Source of the DNA: Balanoglossus misakiensis
Taxonomy: Eukaryota; Animalia; Hemichordata
Direction of reading: 5' to 3'
NCBI GenBank assembly: GCA_040954595.2
Contig: CM082587.2
Span: forward strand, 2,199,000 to 2,262,999
DNA: 64,000 nt
Of the stretch, positions 24,401 to 35,600 are shown in pieces. A program made the position numbers and the translations under genes. The notes beneath the pieces are model-generated. The model was given only the letters and a program-made list of their open reading frames with translations. It did not search any database and had not been told where the DNA came from. Every line of letters begins with the position of its first letter. The first letter of the stretch is position 1.

Positions 24401-27400
24401 GGTTATAGCTCATGAAAGTCGTCAGAAAATGAGAATTTCTCGACTTTGGGAATTTTCGAAATTTGGCCATTTTTCACAAAAACCATGGGTTATAGCTCAT
24501 GAAAGTCGTCAGAAAATGAGAATTTCTCGACTTTGGGAATTTTCGAAATTTGGCCATTTTTCACAAAAACCATGGGTTATAGCTCATGAAAATCGTCAGA
24601 AAATGAGAATTTTTCGATTTTGGGGATTTTCAAAATTTGGCCATTTTTCACAAAAATCATGGGTTATAGCTCATGAAAATCGTCAGAAAATGAGAATTTT
24701 TCGACTTTGGGGATTTTCAAAATTTGGCCATTTTTCACAAAAATCATGGGTTATAGCTCATGAAAATCGTCAGAAAATGAGAATTTTTCGACTTTGGGGA
24801 TTTTCAAAATTTGGCCATTTTTCACAAAAACCATGGGTTATAGCTCATGAAAATCGTCAGAAAATGAGAATTTTTCGACTTTGGGGATTTTCAAAATTTG
24901 GCCATTTTTCACAAAAACCATGGGTTATAGCTCATGAAAATCGTCAGAAAATGAGAATTTTTCGACTTTGGGGATTTTCGAAATTTGGCCATTTTTCACA
25001 AAAACCATGGGTTATAGCTCATGAAAATCGTCAGAAAATGAGAATTTCTCGACTTTGGGGATTTTCGAAATTTGGCCATTTTTCACAAAAACCATGGGTT
25101 ATAGCTCATGAAAATCGTCAGAAAATGAGAATTTTTCGACTTTGGGGATTTTCAAAATTTGGCCATTTTTCACAAAAACCATGGGTTATAGCTCATGAAA
25201 ATCGTCAGAAAATGAGAATTTTTCGACTTTGGGGATTTTCGAAATTTGGCCATTTTTCACAAAAACCATGGGTTATAGCTCATGAAAATCGTCAGAAAAT
25301 GAGAATTTTTCGACTTTGGGGATTTTCGAAATTTGGCCATTTTTCACAAAAACCATGGGTTATAGCTCATGAAAATCGTCAGAAAATGAGAATTTCTCGA
25401 CTTTGGGGATTTTCGAAATTTGGCCATTTTTCACAAAAACCATGGGTTATACCTCATGAAAGTCGTCAGAAAATGAGAATTTCTCGACTTTGGGAATTTT
25501 CGAAATTTGGCCATTTTTCACAAAAACCATGGGTTATAGCTCATGAAAATCGTCAGAAAATGAGAATTTTTCGACTTTGGGGATTTTCGAAATTTGGCCA
25601 TTTTTCACAAAAACCATGGGTTATAGCTCATGAAAATCGTCAGAAAATGAGAATTTCTCGACTTTGGGGATTTTCGAAATTTGGCCATTTTTCACAAAAA
25701 CCATGGGTTATAGCTCATGAAAATCGTCAGAAAATGAGAATTTTTCGACTTTGGGGATTTTCAAAATTTGGCCATTTTTCACAAAAACCATGGGTTATAG
25801 CTCATGAAAATCGTCAGAAAATGAGAATTTTTCGACTTTGGGGATTTTCGAAATTTGGCCATTTTTCACAAAAACCATGGGTTATAGCTCATGAAAATCG
25901 TCAGAAAATGAGAATTTTTCGACTTTGGGGATTTTCGAAATTTGGCCATTTTTCACAAAAACCATGGGTTATAGCTCATGAAAATCGTCAGAAAATGAGA
26001 ATTTCTCGACTTTGGGGATTTTCGAAATTTGGCCATTTTTCACAAAAACCATGGGTTATACCTCATGAAAGTCGTCAGAAAATGAGAATTTCTCGACTTT
26101 GGGAATTTTCGAAATTTGGCCATTTTTCACAAAAACCATGGGTTATAGCTCATGAAAGTCGTCAGAAAATGAGAATTTCTCGACTTTGGGAATTTTCGAA
26201 ATTTGGCCATTTTTCACAAAAACCATGGGTTATAGCTCATGAAAGTCGTCAGAAAATGAGAATTTCTCGACTTTGGGAATTTTCGAAATTTGGCCATTTT
26301 TCACAAAAACCATGGGTTATAGCTCATGAAAATCGTCAGAAAATGAGAATTTTTCGATTTTGGGGATTTTCAAAATTTGGCCATTTTTCACAAAAATCAT
26401 GGGTTATAGCTCATGAAAATCGTCAGAAAATGAGAATTTTTCGACTTTGGGGATTTTCAAAATTTGGCCATTTTTCACAAAAATCATGGGTTATAGCTCA
26501 TGAAAATCGTCAGAAAATGAGAATTTTTCGACTTTGGGGATTTTCAAAATTTGGCCATTTTTCACAAAAACCATGGGTTATAGCTCATGAAAATCGTCAG
26601 AAAATGAGAATTTTTCGACTTTGGGGATTTTCAAAATTTGGCCATTTTTCACAAAAACCATGGGTTATAGCTCATGAAAATCGTCAGAAAATGAGAATTT
26701 TTCGACTTTGGGGATTTTCGAAATTTGGCCATTTTTCACAAAAACCATGGGTTATAGCTCATGAAAATCGTCAGAAAATGAGAATTTCTCGACTTTGGGG
26801 ATTTTCGAAATTTGGCCATTTTTCACAAAAACCATGGGTTATAGCTCATGAAAATCGTCAGAAAATGAGAATTTTTCGACTTTGGGGATTTTCAAAATTT
26901 GGCCATTTTTCACAAAAACCATGGGTTATAGCTCATGAAAATCGTCAGAAAATGAGAATTTTTCGACTTTGGGGATTTTCGAAATTTGGCCATTTTTCAC
27001 AAAAACCATGGGTTATAGCTCATGAAAATCGTCAGAAAATGAGAATTTTTCGACTTTGGGGATTTTCGAAATTTGGCCATTTTTCACAAAAACCATGGGT
27101 TATAGCTCATGAAAATCGTCAGAAAATGAGAATTTCTCGACTTTGGGGATTTTCGAAATTTGGCCATTTTTCACAAAAACCATGGGTTATACCTCATGAA
27201 AGTCGTCAGAAAATGAGAATTTCTCGACTTTGGGAATTTTCGAAATTTGGCCATTTTTCACAAAAACCATGGGTTATAGCTCATGAAAGTCGTCAGAAAA
27301 TGAGAATTTCTCGACTTTGGGAATTTTCGAAATTTGGCCATTTTTCACAAAAACCATGGGTTATAGCTCATGAAAGTCGTCAGAAAATGAGAATTTCTCG

Positions 27401-29557
27401 ACTTTGGGAATTTTCGAAATTTGGCCATTTTTCACAAAAACCATGGGTTATAGCTCATGAAAATCGTCAGAAAATGAGAATTTCTCGACTTTGGGAATTT
27501 TCGAAATTTGGCCATTTTTCACAAAAACCATGGGTTATAGCTCATGAAAATCGTCAGAAAATGAGAATTTCTCGACTTTGGGAATTTTTCGAAATTTGGC
27601 CATTTTTCACAAAAACCATGGGTTATAGCTCATGAAAATCGTCAGAAAATGAGAATTTCTCGACTTTGGGAATTTTTCGAAATTTGGCCATTTTTCACAA
27701 AAACCATGGGTTATAGCTCATGAAAATCGTCAGAAAATGAGAATTTCTCGACTTTGGGAATTTTTCGAAATTTGGCCATTTTTCACAAAAACCATGGGTT
27801 ATAGCTCATGAAAATCGTCAGAAAATGAGAATTTCTCGACTTTGGGAATTTTCGAAATTTGGCCATTTTTCACAAAAACCATGGGTTATAGCTCATGAAA
27901 ATCGTCAGAAAATGAGAATTTCTCGACTTTGGGAATTTTCGAAATTTGGCCATTTTTCACAAAAATCATGGGTTATAGCTCATGAAAATCGTCAGAAAAT
28001 GAGAATTTCTCGACTTTGGGAATTTTCGAAATTTGGCCATTTTTCACAAAAATCATGGGTTATAGCTCATGAAAATCGTCAGAAAATGAGAATTTCTCGA
28101 CTTTGGGAATTTTCGAAATTTGGCCATTTTTCACAAAAACCATGGGTTATAGCTCATGAAAATCGTCAGAAAATGAGAATTTCTCGACTTTGGGAATTTT
28201 CGAAATTTGGCCATTTTTCACAAAAACCATGGGTTATAGCTCATGAAAATCGTCAGAAAATGAGAATTTCTCGACTTTGGGAATTTTCGAAATTTGGCCA
28301 TTTTTCACAAAAACCATGGGTTATAGCTCATGAAAATCGTCAGAAAATGAGAATTTCTCGACTTTGGGAATTTTCGAAATTTGGCCATTTTTCACAAAAA
28401 CCATGGGTTATAGCTCATGAAAATCGTCAGAAAATGAGAATTTCTCGACTTTGGGAATTTTCGAAATTTGGCCATTTTTCACAAAAACCATGGGTTATAG
28501 CTCATGAAAATCGTCAGAAAATGAGAATTTCTCGACTTTGGGAATTTTCGAAATTTGGCCATTTTTCACAAAAACCATGGGTTATAGCTCATGAAAATCG
28601 TCAGAAAATGAGAATTTCTCGACTTTGGGAATTTTCGAAATTTGGCCATTTTTCACAAAAACCATGGGTTATAGCTCATGAAAATCGTCAGAAAATGAGA
28701 ATTTATCGACTTTGGGAATTTTCGAAATTTGGCCATTTTTCACAAAAACCATGGGTTATAGCTCATGAAAGTCGTCAGAAAATGAGAATTTCTCGACTTT
28801 GGGAATTTTCGAAATTTGGCCATTTTTCACAAAAACCATGGGTTATAGCTCATGAAAATCGTCAGAAAATGAGAATTTCTCGACTTTGGGAATTTTCGAA
28901 ATTTGGCCATTTTTCACAAAAACCATGGGTTATAGCTCTTGAAAATCGTCAGAAAATGAGAATTTCTCGACTTTGGGAATTTTCGAAATTTGGCCATTTT
29001 TCACAAAAACCATGGGTTATAGCTCATGAAAATCGTCAGAAAATGAGAATTTCTCGACTTTGGGAATTTTCGAAATTTGGCCATTTTTCACAAAAACCAT
29101 GGGTTATAGCTCATGAAAATCGTCAGAAAATGAGAATTTCTCGACTTTGGGAATTTTCGAAATTTGGCCATTTTTCACAAAAACCATGGGTTATAGCTCA
29201 TGAAAATCGTCAGAAAATGAGAATTTCTCGACTTTGGGAATTTTCGAAATTTGGCCATTTTTCACAAAAACCATGGGTTATAGCTCATGAAAATCGTCAG
29301 AAAATGAGAATTTCTCGACTTTGGGAATTTTCGAAATTTGGCCATTTTTCACAAAAACCATGGGTTATAGCTCATGAAAATCGTCAGAAAATGAGAATTT
29401 CTCGACTTTGGGAATTTTCGAAATTTGGCCATTTTTCACAAAAACCATGGGTTATAGCTCATGAAAATCGTCAGAAAATGAGAATTTCTCGACTTTGGGA
29501 ATTTTCGAAATTTGGCCATTTTTCACAAAAATCATGGGTTATAGCTCATGAAAATCA
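12411..29557 (+). repeat. 87-bp tandem satellite, about 197 copies (~17.1 kb)
   Basis: Unit aatcgtcagaaaatgagaatttttcgactttggggattttcaaaatttggccatttttcacaaaaaccatgggttatagctcatgaa repeated head-to-tail with few substitutions. Confidence 0.99.
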
Positions 29558-29695
29558 TCAATGACATAATCTGGAATTTTAAAATTTTGTTCATTTTGGC
29601 ATTTCCATGTCATATCAATGGGTTATACCTCATGAACGCTCAGAAATAACAAAAATCTGGAATTTGAAAATTGTGCTCATTTTGGCATTTCCACA
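29558..29695 (+). repeat. Diverged ~86-bp monomers at the right edge of the satellite
   Basis: Same tctggaatttgaaaatt-gctcattttggcatttcca type and orientation as 12200-12410. Confidence 0.85.
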
Positions 29696-31418
29696 TTTTA
29701 ATTCGGGCCAAAGTGGCGATCTTCGTTCTGAATTGAGTGGAGCGTCGATGATTTGCACAGAAGTTCATAAAACGAAAATCACTTTGTGATTGGGATTTGG
29801 CGGAGTCGCCGCTGAAAACGTTGTCAGAGTCTGTGAAGTACGGTCAAATGACGTTCGATGGTGGGGATGAGAAACACTTCAACCAGCGGGTCGTTACATG
29901 TGATTCCCACGCAGCAAACCACGACGCAAACAAAAAACTCGAAGCTTAATTACTGTAGTCACACGGCCTGTTAAAGAAGTGGTAGTTTTACAAAGTTACA
30001 CGTTTGCCACGTATTGTCGCAATACAAGCCCCCGGGGAAAGGATAATGCATGCCGCAAAGCCAATTTATGATAACACGTTCACTTTTTCCCGTCTATTCT
30101 TCTGAGAAATAATTGGAATATACGACATACCTATCCCCTCGAGTCGTTTCTAAAGATCATGACAAAGGCTGGTGATTAGAGTATGCATTCTTTATTTTAA
30201 TGAAACGTTTTCTTAAAAAGCTTACACTACTGTACTTGGCCGCTTTTCGTCGCAAGAGACGTTAGTTCTGCGTATTTTTTTCAAATCAACTAAATTCGAT
30301 GTTTACTTGCAGATTTTCGCCCAAGTCAATATGAATCAATCAGTCATCATATGCTTGCTGAGTTTTGATTTATTAGCAACAAAATGAGCATAAGCTTCAG
30401 TCAAAAACCTAGCCTTCGCGTTGTTGTTTTTTCGCATTTGCGCACTCAAGCAAAAAAAATACGAAATTTAGGTTCTAGAGTAAGATTGGGCAACTCTACT
30501 AATTCAAGTTTTACATCATGAAACTATATGCGCCACAAATCCGCTCATTACGCTGGAAAACAGTTCACCCAAGGGCCCTTGGAAATTTCTGGAAAAAAAA
30601 ACAATATCAGTTACTACATGAATAATCATGCATCAACAACATCTACAAGGACAACAACAACAACGAACCTTTAGTTTATTTAAATAACAATTAACCCAGA
30701 TTTTGTTTTTATTTTCAAAACACGATTTTCCACGCACAAAAACTCAAGATTTCGCTTGTTGCAGGCTTCAATGAGTACAAATGAAATTAATTTAAATATT
30801 CCATTTATTTCACACGGTTATTTCAAAATTCATTGATAATCACTGAACAAGCTATACTATATTTTTGACCCAAATAATACAATTCAAGAAGAGGTGCTGT
30901 CATAGCCTTGCAGTTCCAGAAAAAGAAATGTACCGATGCTTTGCAAAATTTGATCCACGCATCACCCCTGTCGTCATTTTGGGAAATAGCTTCACATTCA
31001 GTGTTATACAATGTCGAAGTATGTACACAAAGTTTGGTTGTTATAAACAAATGAAAAGGTGTCTTGAAATATATTTATATATCTTCAATCTGAAAGGGAC
31101 ACTCGTAGTACGCAACTAAATTAATTATAGTGTAGTTCGGTTTCTTTAAATGATGACGTTTGTGGAACAATTCGAAATCATGGGCGATATTAACGCACCA
31201 ATCCACTTTCTTGACATTGTTAAATATAATGGAAGTATTTTACAACGTGTGGTGTTGACGAAATTAAAGAAAAAAATAAATTATGTCTACATTACTTAAG
31301 GTGTGAAAACAAGGCGATTGTTTATATTCCAGGCTATTCTTGTAAGTTGACCATTTTAGTATTGCAGATAATGTTTGTAGCTGTCGTTCACAGGATCAAG
31401 TTCACTACTTCGTGTTTC

Positions 31419-31988
31419 TCACCCTTGCTTCATTTCACGGCAGACGGCAACACAGTAAGGTAAGCCGATAAGAGATCTCGTCTGTATCACTTTTCCATCA
31501 TTGTCTGCGCCGACGTCGCATGGTGGAGTAGTGCAGACTGCCTTTGACCTGCGCTTGCGAATCCAACTGCAGTACGACTGGCAGTTCTGCAACATCTTGC
31601 TGTTCCAGGCTTGTCGACGGGAGAGGGATGCTGCGTTGTCGCTGTCGTTGTCGCTGTTGGGAATGGTCTCCTCCCGTTTCCAATAGATACAACCGGGTCC
31701 CGGCCATTGGTGACACGGCACAGCTCGTCTGCTTCTTGATTTTGGGGCTACCTTTGTACCGAATCCAAGTTTTGAAAAGTGGTTTTGTGACGACGACGAC
31801 GCACGGTTATCGCAGTTCGATGCCTTCCCCTCTGCCAGAACTTTGTCGGCGCCAAGTAGATCGCCTTGTCCATCACATGGTCCGTTTGGAGGTTTCAGGT
31901 CGCTCTGCTCGGCAGCGGTGGTGTGAGATGACAAGGGCAAGGTGTATAACAGAAGAAGACATAGCGAACTCACAAGTAAGGAACGCAT
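31419..31988 (-). CDS. Secreted multi-peptide Cys-pair precursor, copy B (189 aa, intact)
   Basis: ATG at 31988 (the track start is an upstream GTG). Hydrophobic signal MRSLLVSSLCLLLLYTLPLSSHTTAA, then RSRR/AVPCHQWPGPGCIYW/KR, RR/QAWNSKMLQNCQSYCSWI/RKRR, SKAVCTTPPCD and R/SLIGLPYCVAVCREMKQG*. Clear homology to copy A. Confidence 0.9.
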   Translation of the reverse strand: MRSLLVSSLCLLLLYTLPLSSHTTAAEQSDLKPPNGPCDGQGDLLGADKVLAEGKASNCDNRASSSSQNHFSKLGFGTKVAPKSRSRRAVPCHQWPGPGCIYWKREETIPNSDNDSDNAASLSRRQAWNSKMLQNCQSYCSWIRKRRSKAVCTTPPCDVGADNDGKVIQTRSLIGLPYCVAVCREMKQG

Positions 31989-32024
31989 GGCTATACTGTT
32001 CACGTCCGCTGTAAACTTATGAAA

Positions 32025-32030
32025 TTTATA
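32025..32030 (-). promoter_or_regulatory. Possible TATA box of copy B
   Basis: TATAAA about 40 nt upstream of the ATG. Alternatively, tttacag at 32009-32015 is a 5'UTR splice acceptor as in copy A. Confidence 0.3.
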
Positions 32031-32631
32031 CTCTCGGCGAGCGACACCCTGTCCTGTGATTTGCTATTCCGTAGGTGACAGAGATGAAACAAAACGTGTT
32101 CGTGTCGAGCAATGACAGGTCGCCTCCAACATAATAACCCTGTGACAAATCTCGCACGTCACGAATCGGTGAAAAAAACAGGCTTTTATAGACACAAAAT
32201 GATCACATGCATCCTACGCTGTCCATATCACTTGAACGATGGACTCATTGTGAAGATAAAAAATAAAAGTTATATTCCACCTGAACTGATTAAAACTAGC
32301 ATCATTTGTACTTAATAACGAGGGGGTTTAATCTGACCTCCATGGAAACGAAATAATCAGTCATTCATGCGCTTAACTTTTTAAATATCTATTTATTTTG
32401 ATCAAAGTTGACCATTGAAATCCCATTGCATTTTAGCTTATTTGTACCAGTTCTTTGAACAAGCCTTCATTTGAATTTCCAAACAATCGCTTTATTTCGA
32501 TATGCCAGTCTTTGTCCAATGGAGCCAAGCAAAATACATCTCAAATTTAAAATAAAAGTATAGCTTTCGTTTCACTCATACCAAGGGTATAGAAATAATG
32601 AAACAACCCAATTGGTTGTTTGCTCTAAAAA

Positions 32632-32672
32632 GCCCCGCCCCATTATTTGCATATGCTAATCACACGCCCAAT
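32632..32672. promoter_or_regulatory. GC box / double octamer / GC box / CCAAT cluster
   Basis: gccccgccc-catt-ATTTGCAT-ATGCTAAT-cacacgcccaat, about 650 bp upstream of copy B. Confidence 0.35.
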
Positions 32673-35600
32673 GTTCGCAAAGTCAGCCATCCGTATTTTC
32701 AACATTAATCCACTACATTTGAAGTCTATCTCCTGATATCAGCATAGACAGCATTGTGGTAAAAAGCCAAAACTGTCTTCAAAGGGTGGAAATGGTCAAC
32801 CTATAGAAGATTTTGTCAATTCAGAATTTGTGTCACATGATCCCAAAAACAGCGAAATTCAGAATTTATCTCCTCAGTGCGAGTTGTATACTGTTCCTGA
32901 ATTTTCTTCAGTGTTAACGCAAACACTCTCAAAAAGAAAAAGAAGTCGTTTATCAGAACGGCTTATCCCGTCTCACATACATTTCCGATGTTCTCGCTTT
33001 CAAGTCTGGATGCTGAATTCACGAATCAGGACATCACAAGATTGAGTACACACTGACGATTCATTTTGGATAGTATGGAAAGAAAACAATAAAATATACC
33101 CAAGACAGATCACAGTGTCATTTTACAAACGCTACCTTCAGTCCAATGAGACAGAAAATGCGAGATAATAAGTAGTTTCTTTTCCGTGACGGAATCTAAC
33201 AATCGGTCACGTCGTTGTTAAACGGATGTGTCCAGAAATACGCATGGAAGTGTTGAATTGTCTTCATATCCATGCGGGTCTTGAAAAGAGGAGCATTAAA
33301 GGAATCTTTGATTCAGACAACCTCTTTCCGTCTTTAAATCGTTGTTTACGGGAATAAAAAGAGTTTAGCACAATTTGATTTATTTGGCAATAAGTTCAGT
33401 TTCTTTTGCTGTTGAATTTTTAAATGTTGTTGAATTATTCACATGCAACTGCAGTGATGCCTTTATGATGACCAGACATCGTGCCAGGAAATAAACGTAA
33501 CTGACTAAGTCGTTTTATCTCTCCAATACTTAACGTTGTCTGTAATGAAGCACCGCACGGATTCTTGTGGGATAAAATGCTTTTACGTGTTCTAGTATGT
33601 TAACATTACATTTGTACATGATGTAGTTGTACAAGCATGAATGTATTTTGGTTGATAATTTTTTTCTGCTTCTCTACAGCAGACTTCTCTCTATTTTGAA
33701 CTTTAAATCGAGACTTCGTTTTCATTTCTGATCTAAAATACATTTTGATATTCGCATGCTATAGAAACAGGCACACAGACAAACGTCACACTGTTCTCAT
33801 TAAGGCAGAATTCTATGAATGAATGATATGAAGCTAAAGTAAAGAAAAAATGTTGAAAAGATTTGCTTGCTGCGGCAAGTGAGTCGGTTGGCAAACCCAA
33901 AGGGCAAAAAGAGCAAACAGGTTCTCTTGTATTGTTCAAAACACGACTGTCCTTTCACAAATGAAGGTAAAGGAAAAGAGCGAATAATATAAACAGGAGT
34001 GCCAAATAGCACCAGCAAAAATGCAAAACGATCATTCTCGCGGTTTTAAAATCTTTTCCGACATTGACCTTGTGTCCAAATGCGGTTTATTCCTTACAGA
34101 CAACCATCAATGGTACACGCTGATCTAAAATAATTCTAGCAATTAAAGTTAAATCACTAGCTACATTGGAAGTTGACCTTGGCCATGATTAATCATGTAC
34201 CCTTGAGGAAACCAGTGCAATTAATAATCTTAACGAAGAAATTTCCAGGTTGTTTGTCGGTTGAATTTTAATCCCAATAGACAACCAGCTGCTGGGCATT
34301 CCTTTGAAGTGAAGTAAAGAATGAAACTACAATGTAGGAAGAGTTGACTAATAAGAAAGACTATTAACGAAGATTAACAACTATAGTAACACATGCTTTT
34401 GTTCTAAATAATTGATCAAAAATGCCGAATGGTTTTATGAAGAACGAATGTCAATTCGTCATAAAAGAGTTACAGCATCTTTTATAGTGTCCTCTCTGTG
34501 GTAGTTTATGCTACTGACGGAACAGACGTCATTATTCTTAATCATCAATATTTAAGTATTGACCAAAAACGATATTGTAAGAGCCTCTTACAGACTAACG
34601 TCACAGAAATAAGACTGTAAGTAGAAGCAAACACGTAACATCGTAGGAAGATCTTTGTAGCTTTCGAAATGTACAAATTGGTCAATAAAGTTTATGGCAT
34701 ATACCACGACGTGTATTTCAAGTAAAACTGTTATTTTTGTGATGTGCTATTGTAGAGACACTGTAATTAATTTGGTGAAGGACACTGCACTGTCTTGCCC
34801 TTCACCATAATTGTATCCCTTTAAGCAAGACTCATTTCTCGTGGTCATTTCGAAGAATACGAGTAAAAGAAACACGACACCCCCAAAGATGCTAATACGA
34901 TGGTCAGTCGACCGAAAAAAGAATTCGGCCAATGAATAATTGATCTGCTTGCAGAAGACACGAATTCACGACAGTTTCTACAAAAGACAAACTTTACATT
35001 TACAGTAAACTCCGAAAACGATAGAGCATTTGGATGAACACAACGAAAACCATTTCTCAATTTACAAAGACGAAATATTAAGCAATTTCCTCAAACGCCC
35101 CCCCCCCCACCCCTTCCGAAAATATATATTGTATCGAAGACTTCTTACCCATTTTTAGATTGGCCAACTATCCTCTCTTCACTCGGCCCACCATGTACAA
35201 TCCAGTCAACGGCACATGAACACAAGACAAGTCGATGGAAACAGCTCTTCTCAACTGACCCCGAAAAGCTACAGGACCTCCTTTAATACTGGTCGACGGG
35301 CAATTTACTTTAAAATATACATGACTACAAGTGCGATAAAAAAAACGAACATTCTCATATCACATTTTTCTCCTATCGAAAGTTTTTATCATGTGTATGA
35401 TGAATCATTTATGCCGCGTGTTAAGTGGGAAACGCTGTTTCTCTTTCGGGTTATTGTCACGTGTAAACTGTTTAAACGAAGGTGCAAACAAGGTGTTTAC
35501 TCACTCAATTGAACGCATTAAGCATCGATTGAAGTTTTACTCATGAAACTAAACCATCAATTATTTTCTCACAAGCTCGTATTGCTGTCAAAAGTTTGGC

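Noticed and set aside
12411-29557. CRISPR-like array
   Set aside because: No unique spacers and no cas genes; the context is eukaryotic.
12423-29564. 816-, 4229- and 579-aa ORFs as real protein-coding genes
   Set aside because: They are translations of an 87-bp satellite with no unique domains, splice structure or synonymous bias.
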